From NCBI GenBank assembly GCA_005882045.1, contig VBHO01000026.1:16885-69084 (forward strand): DNA of 52,200 nucleotides, in the 5' to 3' direction. The stretch comes from Chloroflexota bacterium. Its GTDB lineage: Bacteria > Chloroflexota > Dormibacteria > CF-121. The notes beneath the pieces were generated by a model. The model did not search any database, had not been told where the DNA came from, and saw only the letters and a list, made by a program, of their open reading frames with translations. Position numbers and translations under genes: made by a program. Position 1 is the stretch's first letter. Every line of letters starts with the position of its first letter. Positions 1 through 9,220 of this stretch are shown one piece after another.

Positions 1-135
1 GCCACCTTACCGGCCGGTTCGCGGGTTGGCACCTTGTTCGTCGAAGCCGGTGCGCACCGGGCCGAAGTCCCGCTCGTCACAGCGACCACGATCAACGGTC
101 CGGATGCCGGCTGGCGCCTGACGCGCAGTTTCTAG
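1..135 (+). CDS. 3' end of a gene truncated by the window edge; resembles the C-terminus of a D-alanyl-D-alanine carboxypeptidase
   Basis: Frame 1 reads ATLPAGSRVGTLFVEAGAHRAEVPLVTATTINGPDAGWRLTRSF, stop TAG 133-135; similar to the PBP5-type C-terminal domain pattern (P..AG..VG.L.V....VPLV....P...WRL). Confidence 0.45.
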   Translation, partial: ATLPAGSRVGTLFVEAGAHRAEVPLVTATTINGPDAGWRLTRSF

Positions 136-1123
136 CCAGCGCCCCAGTCCGCGGGCTTGATATCGATGCCGTCGGGGACGAACAGCAATCCGTCGGTCCG
201 CCCGCGGCGGTCGTTGATCCCGAACTGCCACACGATCATGTCGGTCTTGGGATCGATGACGATCACCCGGTTGCGAAAATCGTCGTTGAGCGCGATCAGT
301 CCGTTGCTCAGCTCGATCGCGAGTGAGGGATGGTCCAGCATGGCCGGGCCCGATCGGTGGGCGTAGCGCCAGACCGGCTTGCCCTGCCGGGTCATGATCA
401 GGATCTGGCCCGGACGCGAGTAGTCGACGAGCAGAATGTTGCCGTCGGGCAGCATCTGCGCGTCCGATGGATAGTGGATCCCGGGCGCCTGCACTGTCCA
501 GTACCGGGTCCCGTCCCAGCCAAGCTCGCTGACCCAGTCGCCCAGGATCTCGGTCACCAACACGTGGCCGTTTGACAGCGGCGTGTCGCCATTGGGCAGA
601 CCGAAGCTTTTCGGCGGATTGTGCGCGCAGTACCCGGTCCGGCCGAGCTGTGCCTTGATCGCCCTGGACGCCTGGTCGATCAAGATCAATCGGCAGTTGC
701 GGATGTCGGCAACCCCGATGCTGCCGTTCGGCCACATGTAGGCGTCATCCGGGCCGTTGAGGTAGCCCTTGGCCCACCCATGACGTTCCGACACCCCGTA
801 TTGCCAGACGATTCGGTGGCTGGCGTAATCGACCAGGACGATAGCATGCGATTCCTCTTCGTTGACCACGATCGATTTCCCGTCAGGCGCGTAAAACGCG
901 TCATCGGGCCAGCGAAAATGCTGGCCGGGCTGCAGGTCGCCGGGCCGTGGGAACTCCCAGACGGGTCCGGAGTGGCCGACGCCGGTGGCAGCTCCTCAGC
1001 TTGTTGCGCGACCTTCTGCGGTGACGCGGAGGCGTTCGAGTTCGAGCAGGCGGGCACGATTAGCAGCGAGACCAGAATGAGCGGCGTCAGGAGAGCCGGC
1101 CCGCGCCGAGTAACTAGATCCAC
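132..1123 (-). pseudogene. Lipoprotein with NHL/PQQ-like beta-propeller repeats, frameshifted near 965 (lesion or assembly error)
   Basis: GTG 1123 opens a signal peptide ending VPAC (frame of ORF 686..1399). At ~965 the reading continues in another frame as VWEFPRPGDLQPGQHFRWPDDAFYAPDGKSIVVNEE into ORF 132..869, which has repeated PDDA/PSDA..LPDG..LI.D..N.R blades. Confidence 0.7.
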
Positions 1124-1238
1124 GCCGGGGAAGTATAAGTGCCGACCCGATACAGTTCGCCGTTTGCCGCGGGATAAGCCGGGTATAACGATGACGAAAC
1201 CGTTCAAACGTCTCTGATCGAAAGAAAGGAGCGACACC

Positions 1239-2492
1239 GTGAGCATCAATTCGCCGACCTCTGCGCCCGATACCTCCGGCTCGCGCGCGGCGCTCAGGCT
1301 GACCCCACCGGAGCCGGTAGCGGCGATCACCGATGGGGAAGCGGCGAGCATGGTGCGGCTCGAGCCGTCGACCGCCAGCAAGATCGACGCCATCGTCAAC
1401 GGCTACATCGACTCCGTCGCATCGCTCGATCCGCAATCTCCGGACTTCGCGACCAAGCTGAATGCTATTCAGAGCATGGGCGATGACGAGATCCGTCAAT
1501 CGGCGAGTGTTTCCAACCGGCTGCTCGACAAGCCGGTCAAGGCGATGGAGTCGGGGCCCTTCAGCAAGGGGGCAACCGTCTCGAAGTCGCTGGTCGACCT
1601 GCGGCGGACGGTCGAAGACCTGGATCCCTCGCAGCAAGGGCTGCTCGGTCCGAAGCACCTTTTCGGGCTTATCCCGTTCGGCAACCGGCTGCGCGACTAC
1701 TTCGCCCGTTACCAGTCCGCCCAAGGGCACCTGAACGCCATCATCCAGGCGCTCTACCACGGCCAGGATGAGCTGCGACAAGACAATGCTGCCATCGAAC
1801 AGGAAAAGGTCAATGTCTGGGACATCAAAGGCAAGCTCGAGCAGTACGTCTACATGGCGGGCAAGCTCGACGCCGCGCTCGAGGCGCGGATCGACCAGAT
1901 CGGTCAGACCGATCGCGAGCGGGCCAAGGCGCTCCGCGAGGATGGGCTCTTCTATGTTCGCCAGAAGCGGCAGGACCTCCTCACCCAGCTCGCCGTTAAC
2001 GTGCAGGGCTACCTCGCGCTCGAGTTAGTGCGCCGGAACAACCTTGAGTTGATAAAAGGCGTCGACCGGGCGACCACGACGACGGTGTCGGCCCTTCGCA
2101 CCGCAGTTATCGTGGCGCAGGCGCTGACCAATCAGAAACTGGTCCTCAACCAGATTACGGCGCTGAACGCCACGACCGGCAACATCATCGAATCGACGTC
2201 GGTGATGCTGAAGGAACAGTCGGGCCAGATTCAGGAGGAGGCTGGCAGCGCCACCATCAGCGTAGAAAAGCTGCAGGCGGCCTTCGCCAACATCTACGCG
2301 ACCGTGGACATGATCGACGCCTACAAGCTGCAGGCGCTCGACAACATGCAGAAAACCATCGACGCGCTGAGCGGCGAGGTGGTAAAAGCGCAGTCGTACC
2401 TCCAGCGAGCGCACAACGCTCCGCCAACGCCAGCCGTGGGCGCCGGCAGCCGCGGTGAGCTAGCACTGCCGAGCCACCCCGCCTCCTCTTAA
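1239..2492 (+). CDS. telA: Toxic anion (tellurite) resistance protein, TelA family
   Basis: 417 aa helical protein with NNLELIKGVDRATTTTVSALRTAVIVAQALTNQKLVL, typical of TelA/YaaN; RBS AAGGAG before GTG. Confidence 0.88.
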   Translation: MSINSPTSAPDTSGSRAALRLTPPEPVAAITDGEAASMVRLEPSTASKIDAIVNGYIDSVASLDPQSPDFATKLNAIQSMGDDEIRQSASVSNRLLDKPVKAMESGPFSKGATVSKSLVDLRRTVEDLDPSQQGLLGPKHLFGLIPFGNRLRDYFARYQSAQGHLNAIIQALYHGQDELRQDNAAIEQEKVNVWDIKGKLEQYVYMAGKLDAALEARIDQIGQTDRERAKALREDGLFYVRQKRQDLLTQLAVNVQGYLALELVRRNNLELIKGVDRATTTTVSALRTAVIVAQALTNQKLVLNQITALNATTGNIIESTSVMLKEQSGQIQEEAGSATISVEKLQAAFANIYATVDMIDAYKLQALDNMQKTIDALSGEVVKAQSYLQRAHNAPPTPAVGAGSRGELALPSHPASS

Positions 2493-2547
2493 TTCGGGGC
2501 TCTCTTTGCAAGCCCGGCTTTGCTAGGGTGAGAGGGAGGGCTGAATC

Positions 2548-2679
2548 ATGGGATTCACGAGCAAGCCTGTCAGGGTCATCGAAGTGCCGGAGCCGGCTTC
2601 CGAGCCGCTGGTCGCGCCGGAGCGCGAACCGCAGCGCACCGAGCGAGAGGAAGAAGCCCCGGTCACCACGCCGGCGTGA
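2548..2679 (+). CDS. Small Pro/Glu-rich peptide (43 aa), not in the ORF track
   Basis: GGAGGG RBS, ATG 2548, MGFTSKPVRVIEVPEPASEPLVAPEREPQRTEREEEAPVTTPA, stop overlaps the next start (GTGA at 2676-2679). Confidence 0.7.
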   Translation: MGFTSKPVRVIEVPEPASEPLVAPEREPQRTEREEEAPVTTPA

Positions 2680-3272
2680 ACCCTGCCGTCGGGTACCGCT
2701 TCTGGCGGGTCGACCCCGACGACGCCTGGACGCGCGGCCGGCTTCAGTCGCCGGTGGCCGAGACCTTGTGGCCGCCACTGGAGACCCTCGAGGCCGAGTG
2801 CCAGACCCGTCCCGGATTGCGCCTGGCCCGTGCCGGCCTGCATCGGCATGATGAACTCCGGATCTCGCCCGAGCCGAGCTGCAGCTGTGGGATCTACGCC
2901 TATCACGACATCACCCCCATGACCAGGGCGCTGCGCGAAGAGCCCTATATGTTCGGCGGCGCCGTACTCTGCTGGGGCAGGATCGTGATCCATCCCGAAG
3001 GCATGCGGGCCCAGCACGCCCGACCGCTGGCCCTTTGCCGGCCCGAAAGCCCGGGGGTGCAGTTACGAACGGCAGCCCTGCTGGCCGAGGTCACCCGGGA
3101 GTACGCGATCCCGTTGCTCGAGCTTCGTGACCTGGTCGCGTACGCGAGCGAGTTCGGTGCCAGCTACAAGCCCGAACCGGCGCCTCCGTCCCGACGGGGG
3201 TTGGACCGGGTCAAGGATGCGCTGTCGTGGCGCCAGATAGCCCGCCGCCTCGGGAAAGCGTTCGGCGGCTAG
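2676..3272 (+). CDS. Hypothetical protein with GYRxW / C..H..CxCGIYA / WG..V.H..G.RA motifs
   Basis: 198 aa ORF, translationally coupled to the upstream peptide; Cys/His cluster suggests metal binding. Confidence 0.75.
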   Translation: MNPAVGYRFWRVDPDDAWTRGRLQSPVAETLWPPLETLEAECQTRPGLRLARAGLHRHDELRISPEPSCSCGIYAYHDITPMTRALREEPYMFGGAVLCWGRIVIHPEGMRAQHARPLALCRPESPGVQLRTAALLAEVTREYAIPLLELRDLVAYASEFGASYKPEPAPPSRRGLDRVKDALSWRQIARRLGKAFGG

Positions 3273-3281
3273 AAACCCCGC

Positions 3282-4910
3282 TCAGCCGGCTGCTGCACTG
3301 GCGCTCCGCTCCGCCGCGTCCGCTCGGGCCGTTGCTTTGGCGCGGCGCTCGATGAGGAGGCAGCTCAGGGCACCCACGGCCAGCACGGCGATCGATACCG
3401 CGAGCGTCGGCTTGACGGCGTTCACGTAGGCGTTGGCGAAAACATCGTGAAAGAGGCGCTCCAAAGTGGGCGCCAGCGCCGGCGGGACCCCGGCGGGTAA
3501 CTGAGCGCCCGTCTGACCGACCCCCACCTTGAAGCCGCCCGAGGCAGCATGGGAGAAGCCGCTGACGAAGATGCCGCGAAAAGCGGGCGGCACCTGGCTC
3601 GAGTAGGCGACCGCCTGATCGTGCAACTGGGTGGCGAGCCGATTTTGCAAGACGGCGCCGATCACCGCGCTGCCGATCGCGCCGCCCACCTGTCGAACGG
3701 TATTGAGCACGCCTGAGGCCGCGCCGGCCATCTGCGGCCTGACGTTGCGCATCGCGACCGTCGTCAGGGGTGCGAAGGTCATGCCCAGTCCCAACCCGGC
3801 AAGCGCGGCGGGTCCCCAGAAGGTCGCCTGTGTCGCGTTCAGGGAAATCACCAAGACCACGAGCCCCATGCCGGCGGCAAAGAAGGTCAGCCCGGCGACG
3901 AGGATGTATTTCCCGCCAAACCGATCGGACAGGCGGCCGGCGATGGGAGCGACGACCATCGAGACCAGCGACATCGGCACGAAGGTGAGCCCCGCTTTCA
4001 GCGCCGAGAACCCCAGGACCGACTGAAAGAAGAACGTCACTGGGATGAAGAACCCGAGCATGCCAAAAGCCACCGCTGAACTGACCCAGATCGCGATGCT
4101 GAAGTTGCGATTGCTAAAAAGTGAGAGCGGCATCAACGGCTCGGCCTGGAATCGTTCGAAGACGATAAAGACTGCGAACAGCACGACGCCGGCAGCGATG
4201 ATCTCAGGAATCGTGATCGGTCCCCAGATAGCACCCCAGTTGAAGCGCTCGCCCTCAACCAGCCCGAAAATGATGCCGAACAGGCTCGCACTCGCCAGCA
4301 GGACGCCCACGATGTCGAGCCGATGCCGTCGCCCGGGACGAAGGTCGGGCACGACCAGGAGCGCCCCCGCGAGCGCGACCAACCCGACTGGGACGTTGAC
4401 GAAGAAGATCCAGCGCCAGTTGATGTAGGTGACGAGGAACCCGCCGAGCGTTGGTCCGGTGACGGTCGCCACACCGGCGACCGCGCCCCAGATGCCGAAA
4501 GCGGCCCCGCGGCGCTCCGGCGGAAAGATGATGGTGATGATGCTGAGCGTTTGAGGGGTCAGAATCGCGCCCCCGACGCCCTGGAGGATGCGGGCGGCGA
4601 TCAGCTGGTTCCCGTCCTGGGCGAGTCCGCAAAGCGCGGAGGCCACCGTGAAGATCGCCAACCCGAGGGCGAAGAGCCGGCGAGGGCCGAAGAAGTCGCC
4701 CAACCGGCCGGCCGTGATGAGCAAAACGGCGTAGGCGAGCAGGTAGGCGTTGATCACCCAGAGGATCTGATCGAGCGACGAATTGAGGCCCGAGATCATC
4801 GCCGGGATGGCGATGTTTACGATCGTGGTGTCGAGCAGGATCATGAAGAAACCCAGGCTCAGGAACACCAGGACGAGCCATTCGTTCTTTGCTTGTGCGG
4901 GCCTTTCCAT
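3282..4910 (-). CDS. DHA2 (EmrB/QacA) family MFS efflux transporter
   Basis: LDTTIVNIAIP, WVINAYLL, GRLGDFFGPRR, WRWIFFVNVPVG motifs; ~14 TM segments. Confidence 0.93.
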   Translation of the reverse strand: MERPAQAKNEWLVLVFLSLGFFMILLDTTIVNIAIPAMISGLNSSLDQILWVINAYLLAYAVLLITAGRLGDFFGPRRLFALGLAIFTVASALCGLAQDGNQLIAARILQGVGGAILTPQTLSIITIIFPPERRGAAFGIWGAVAGVATVTGPTLGGFLVTYINWRWIFFVNVPVGLVALAGALLVVPDLRPGRRHRLDIVGVLLASASLFGIIFGLVEGERFNWGAIWGPITIPEIIAAGVVLFAVFIVFERFQAEPLMPLSLFSNRNFSIAIWVSSAVAFGMLGFFIPVTFFFQSVLGFSALKAGLTFVPMSLVSMVVAPIAGRLSDRFGGKYILVAGLTFFAAGMGLVVLVISLNATQATFWGPAALAGLGLGMTFAPLTTVAMRNVRPQMAGAASGVLNTVRQVGGAIGSAVIGAVLQNRLATQLHDQAVAYSSQVPPAFRGIFVSGFSHAASGGFKVGVGQTGAQLPAGVPPALAPTLERLFHDVFANAYVNAVKPTLAVSIAVLAVGALSCLLIERRAKATARADAAERSASAAAG

Positions 4911-4946
4911 CGCCTAATTCCTCCGGTTACGACTGCTTAGGATTTC

Positions 4947-4970
4947 TGATACTTTAAAGATCAAAGCATT
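4947..4970. promoter_or_regulatory. AT-rich imperfect inverted repeat between the divergent MFS and MarR genes; probable MarR operator
   Basis: ATACTTT-AAAGATC-AAAGCAT in a 63-nt intergenic gap in an otherwise GC-rich sequence. Confidence 0.5.
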
Positions 4971-4973
4971 CTC

Positions 4974-5441
4974 ATGTCAAACCGCAACTCGAAAGAGCGG
5001 CTGATCGAACAGGCCCTCCAGGAAATCCGAGCCCTGGATGGCGAGCTCGACCTCATGGACCAGGCCATCGCCGACCGCCTGGGGATGAACCGTACGGATT
5101 GCCAGTGTATGGATCTCATCAGCCGGCTGGGGCCCATGACGGCGGGGGAGCTGGCGGATCGAGTTGGCTTGACCGCTGGCGCGATCACCGCGGTGCTCGA
5201 CCGACTGGAGCGCGGCCATTGGATTCGTCGGGTGCACGATACGGTCGACCGTCGCCGGGTGATGGTCTCGCGCGGACAGGCCGGACACGCGAAGATGGCG
5301 CCCATTTTTGCCCGGCTGCGGAGGTCAACGCGCGAGGTCCTTGCCCGTTATTCGGAAGAGCAACTCGACCTGATCGCGGATTTCCTACAGCGCACTGCCG
5401 GCGTCGCCGCCCAACATCGGCAAAGGTTGCGCCGCTCATAA
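4974..5441 (+). CDS. MarR family transcriptional regulator
   Basis: GMNRTDCQCMDLI..GPMTAGELADRVGLTAGAITAVLDRLERGHWIRRVHDTVDRRRV winged-helix signature. Confidence 0.92.
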   Translation: MSNRNSKERLIEQALQEIRALDGELDLMDQAIADRLGMNRTDCQCMDLISRLGPMTAGELADRVGLTAGAITAVLDRLERGHWIRRVHDTVDRRRVMVSRGQAGHAKMAPIFARLRRSTREVLARYSEEQLDLIADFLQRTAGVAAQHRQRLRRS

Positions 5442-5442
5442 A

Positions 5443-5514
5443 CCCCCCACCTCCGCTCGCGCAGGAGGGCTCTCAAATCTCCCTCCCCGCTCGCGGGGGA
5501 GGGCAGCGTGGGGG
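5443..5514. repeat. REP-like composite palindromic intergenic element
   Basis: Hairpin CCCTCCCCGC-TC-GCGGGGGAGGG (5481-5503), a degenerate second copy at ~5450-5469, and outer inverted arms CCCCCAC / GTGGGGG. Confidence 0.55.
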
Positions 5515-5533
5515 CGGTCGCCGAACTCGTAGT

Positions 5534-5578
5534 TTGACAATGGAAGCGGAGTGATACATAGTGAAGCACTTCACTATG
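5534..5578 (+). promoter_or_regulatory. Sigma70-type promoter overlapped by a perfect palindromic operator
   Basis: TTGACA (5534-5539)-N17-CATAGT (5557-5562); perfect inverted repeat CATAGTGAAG-CA-CTTCACTATG (5557-5578) ending on the ATG of the second MarR. Confidence 0.8.
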
Positions 5579-6157
5579 CACTTCTCTGAGATCAAGGGCG
5601 ACTGTCGGTTCAACGGCACGCTGGCCACCGATCGAGCCGGGCGCCTCTACGATAGCCGCTTCCGTCAGGCCATCCGCTCGGCACGCCGGCCTCTCTCCGA
5701 ACGAGAGACGCGCGCGGTTGAGGCCCTGACGGCCTTGCGGATCACCGCCCGGCTAACCCGCCAGCTGATGGATCGGTGGGCGGAGAAACACGGCCTGAGT
5801 GAAGGCCGGCTCCACGTCCTCTTTCGGTTGGCCTCGGCGCCCGACCACCAGCTTCCGCTGGGGGAGTTGGCCGACCAGCTCGAGGTAACCCCGCGGAATA
5901 TCACCGGGCTCATCGATCATCTCGAGCGCGATGGCCTGGTCGAGCGCATCGACGATCCGGCCGATCGCCGCTTGACCTACGCGCGACTGACAGCAGCGGG
6001 TGGGAGGCGCATCGACGGCATGCGCGCCCAGGGGTTGGAGTGGCAGCTCAAGATCGCGGCCGGACTCTCTACCGAAGAGCTCGATCAGCTCCGTCACGCC
6101 TGCTTGCAGCTGATCGAAAACATGACCGGCAAAAGCGTGACCGAGAAGAGCGCATGA
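5576..6157 (+). CDS. MarR family transcriptional regulator
   Basis: GLSEGRLHVL..LGELADQLEVTPRNITGLIDHLERDGLVERIDDPADRR..LTAAG. Start placed at ATG 5576 because the track's GTG 5561 lies inside the -10 box. Confidence 0.9.
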   Translation: MHFSEIKGDCRFNGTLATDRAGRLYDSRFRQAIRSARRPLSERETRAVEALTALRITARLTRQLMDRWAEKHGLSEGRLHVLFRLASAPDHQLPLGELADQLEVTPRNITGLIDHLERDGLVERIDDPADRRLTYARLTAAGGRRIDGMRAQGLEWQLKIAAGLSTEELDQLRHACLQLIENMTGKSVTEKSA

Positions 6158-7812
6158 CAAACGATCCGCAACCGTCGTCGGGTGGCACCGTCGACGCCGG
6201 CGGTCATCTGACAGAGGGCCTGACGCGCTGGGCGACCATCGGGGTGGTCGCGGGGACGATGCTGGCACTCCTCCTGGCCGCGCTCGACCAGACGATCGTC
6301 GGGACCGCGATGCCGCGGATCGTGGCCGAGTTGAACGGCCTCAATTACTACACCTGGGTCATTACGGCCTACCTGGTCGCCTCGACGATCATGGTGCCGA
6401 TCGCCGGCAAGCTGGGCGACCTCTTCGGGCGGAAGCCATTCCTGCTGGCCGGCATGATCGGCTTCGTCGTCGCGTCGGCGCTCTGCGGCCAGTCGCACGG
6501 CATGCTCGAGCTGATCGTCTTCCGAACCATCCAGGGCATCTTTGGCGGCATGCTGTTCGCGACGGTCTTCGCCGTGATCGGCGACCTGTTTCCGCCAACG
6601 CAACGGGCTCGTCTCGCCGGCCTGTTCGGCGCCGTCTTCGGTCTGTCCTCCATCGTCGGTCCGACGGCCGGTGGATACATCACGGACACCTGGGGCTGGC
6701 GCTGGGTCTTCTATGTCAATCTGCCGGTGGGCATCATCGCGGTCCTCCTCGTGGTTGCCACGATGCCGTTCGTGCGCTCATCGGCTTCCCTGCGCGATAT
6801 CGACTTCAAGGGCGCCGCCGCCCTGGTCGCCGGTCTGGTGCCGCTGATGATTGCACTCTCGATCACGCGCGATCATGGGTGGACGTCCCCTGAAGTCCTT
6901 GGACTCCTCGGCCTCGCCGCCGTCATCCTGGCCCTGTTCTTTGTCCTTGAGATTCGGAGCGATCATCCGATCGTGCCCTTCGACCTCTTCAAGAACTCCA
7001 CCTTCAGCGTTTCGATGATCGTCGGTTTTCTCTCAGGCTTCGGCATGTTCGGCACGATCGTCTTCGTCCCGCTCATCTATCAGGGCGTCCTCGGCGTCAC
7101 CGCCACCAACTCGGGTCAGTTGCTGACTCCGATGATGCTCGGCCTTATCGTCGCGAGCACGCTGGTCGGTCAGTTGATGGTGCGCATTCGCCTGTACCGT
7201 TTCCTGGGAACGGCCGGCGTCGCCGTCATGCTGGTCGGCATGTGGCTGCTCTCGCAGGTCACCGTCAGTACCTCGCGCCTTGAAGTGGTCCGCGATATCG
7301 TGATCGTCGGTGCGGGCCTGGGCTCGACCTTCCCCCTCTATCTGACCGCCGTCCAGAGCGCCCTACCACGGAACTTCCTCGGCGTGGCGTCGAGCCAGGT
7401 CCAGTTCTGGCGGCAGATCGGTGGCACCATTGGCACCGCCGTGCTCGGCTCGGTTCTCAGCCAGCGTCTTCCGGTCCACATCGCCGAGCAGGTGGCAACC
7501 CTTCACCTACCGGCGCAGGCGGCGCGGCTGGTCGGCGGCGGCGGAGGCAGCCCCCAGACGCTATTCGATCCGGCGCAGATCGCAGCGAGCCGGGCCAGGG
7601 CGACGAGTGCGCTCGGATCACAGGGCGCGGCGATCTTCGACCAGGTGCTCCATGCGGTCCGCGTGGCGCTGGCGTCGACGTTGCACGAGGTCTTCCTCTA
7701 CGGCGCCGCCGTCCTGATTATCGCGCTGGTTGCAACCGTCTTCCTCAAGGACGTGCCGTTGCGCGCCCGGCAGCCTGCCGGTGAGAACGAAGCGCCGGTG
7801 GTCGCCGCCTAG
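6154..7812 (+). CDS. MDR-type MFS efflux transporter (14-TM)
   Basis: ALDQTIVGTAMP, WVITAYL, GKLGDLFGRK, WRWVFYVNLPVG; ATGA overlap with the marR stop. Confidence 0.93.
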   Translation: MTNDPQPSSGGTVDAGGHLTEGLTRWATIGVVAGTMLALLLAALDQTIVGTAMPRIVAELNGLNYYTWVITAYLVASTIMVPIAGKLGDLFGRKPFLLAGMIGFVVASALCGQSHGMLELIVFRTIQGIFGGMLFATVFAVIGDLFPPTQRARLAGLFGAVFGLSSIVGPTAGGYITDTWGWRWVFYVNLPVGIIAVLLVVATMPFVRSSASLRDIDFKGAAALVAGLVPLMIALSITRDHGWTSPEVLGLLGLAAVILALFFVLEIRSDHPIVPFDLFKNSTFSVSMIVGFLSGFGMFGTIVFVPLIYQGVLGVTATNSGQLLTPMMLGLIVASTLVGQLMVRIRLYRFLGTAGVAVMLVGMWLLSQVTVSTSRLEVVRDIVIVGAGLGSTFPLYLTAVQSALPRNFLGVASSQVQFWRQIGGTIGTAVLGSVLSQRLPVHIAEQVATLHLPAQAARLVGGGGGSPQTLFDPAQIAASRARATSALGSQGAAIFDQVLHAVRVALASTLHEVFLYGAAVLIIALVATVFLKDVPLRARQPAGENEAPVVAA

Positions 7813-7819
7813 CTGGGCT

Positions 7820-9220
7820 TTACTTAATACTCGGCGGCGTCACCGCCGTCCACGTCGCGCCGCCGTCGGTCGACCTGACCAGCCTGTCGGCGCCGACCTG
7901 CGACCAGATGGTTCTGGCATCGATGTAGTTCCAGGGCGCCAGGCTAAAAGTGAGCCCGCTCGCCAGCACCTGGCGCGTGCTCCACGTCTTGCCCGCGTCG
8001 AAGGTTTCGGTGAGATCTGGTCCGCTCGACAGCAGCCAGTGGCGAGCATCGAAGAAGAGCGCGCCGCCCTCCTGGAGCCCGCCCGGAGTCTGCCGAAGGT
8101 CGCCCCAGGTTCGGCCGCCGTCGTGCGACTGCAGCATATAGCTGTGCATCCAGCCCTGCGTCGTCGGCGGTTGTGACGGATCGGGCCGGAAGGTCGGCGG
8201 CGGTCCATTCACCTCGAATTCGAGCAGGCCATCTTTCCCGAAGAACACCGGTGACTCGAGCCGAACGTCGTTGGCGGCGGCCTCGGCTGGCAGCGGGAGG
8301 TCAATCGGGGCCCATGTTTGTCCACCATTGTGGGTCGACCACAAGAGTGCTGTCGGAGGCGTGAAGGGTATCGGCTTTCCACTCGCATCCCAGCCGTAGC
8401 TCTTGGATTGCGATGCGGCCAGCCAGCCGGTCTGCGGATCGGTGAAGGAGAAATTGCCCAGCCACGCACCGGATGGCAGTGTCCCGACGGTGCTCCAGTG
8501 CGTCCCGCCATCGCTGGTGTATTGGATGGGCTGCGGCGTCGCGCCCCGAACGCTCGCCAGGATGCGCCAGCCCTCCATCTCAGTAAGGAAGAAGCTGGTG
8601 CCGCCGATCGCGGCCCAGTCGGTCGGCCGATCGACGAGCTGCCAGTGTGCCCCGCCGTCCTGTGTCCTGTACGTGCGATCGATCATGTTGGACGATCCGG
8701 GAGCCCCTTGGACCTTGGAAGGCGGCAGTGTCGAGGGGACGTTTTCGACCAGCTCGCCGTCCTTTGCATTCCAGAAGTGGAATGACCCGATGCCGGACCC
8801 GTCCGGGATCCGGAACTGCTCGTGCCAGGTCTTCCCGCCGTCGGTCGTGTTCATCAGGACCGTCGGCCCGTTGTGCACGTAGAGCTGGGCGATGATCCAG
8901 GCAGTGTCGGCCGATACGTACTGCGCATCGACGATCGAGTAGCTGGCGGCGGGTGGATGCAGCCCGCCGACGCCGAATGGTAACCCGGCCGGCAGGGCCA
9001 GCTCGCCATGGGATACGCGAACGCCAACTGTCGCAACCCCGATGGCAAAGGCCGCCAGGACGACGGCGGCGGTCTGCAGTGCCACGCGACCGCGATGCGA
9101 AGCAGGCTTGCGTGAGCTGCTTGGGATCGCTTGGAGGACGCGTACCACAAGGTCCGGACTCGGCACTTCGTAGTCGGTCAGGACGTCGTGGCGGATCGCG
9201 GATCGCGCTGAGGGTTTCAT
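7820..9220 (-). CDS. Putative anti-sigma factor: single TM helix plus extracellular BNR/Asp-box beta-propeller (Ycf48-like)
   Basis: Repeated T.DGG.TW motifs (TTDGGKTW, TQDGGAHW, TSDGGTHW, THNGGQTW, SHDGGRTW, STDGGATW); ATGA-coupled to the ECF sigma gene. Confidence 0.8.
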   Translation of the reverse strand: MKPSARSAIRHDVLTDYEVPSPDLVVRVLQAIPSSSRKPASHRGRVALQTAAVVLAAFAIGVATVGVRVSHGELALPAGLPFGVGGLHPPAASYSIVDAQYVSADTAWIIAQLYVHNGPTVLMNTTDGGKTWHEQFRIPDGSGIGSFHFWNAKDGELVENVPSTLPPSKVQGAPGSSNMIDRTYRTQDGGAHWQLVDRPTDWAAIGGTSFFLTEMEGWRILASVRGATPQPIQYTSDGGTHWSTVGTLPSGAWLGNFSFTDPQTGWLAASQSKSYGWDASGKPIPFTPPTALLWSTHNGGQTWAPIDLPLPAEAAANDVRLESPVFFGKDGLLEFEVNGPPPTFRPDPSQPPTTQGWMHSYMLQSHDGGRTWGDLRQTPGGLQEGGALFFDARHWLLSSGPDLTETFDAGKTWSTRQVLASGLTFSLAPWNYIDARTIWSQVGADRLVRSTDGGATWTAVTPPSIK

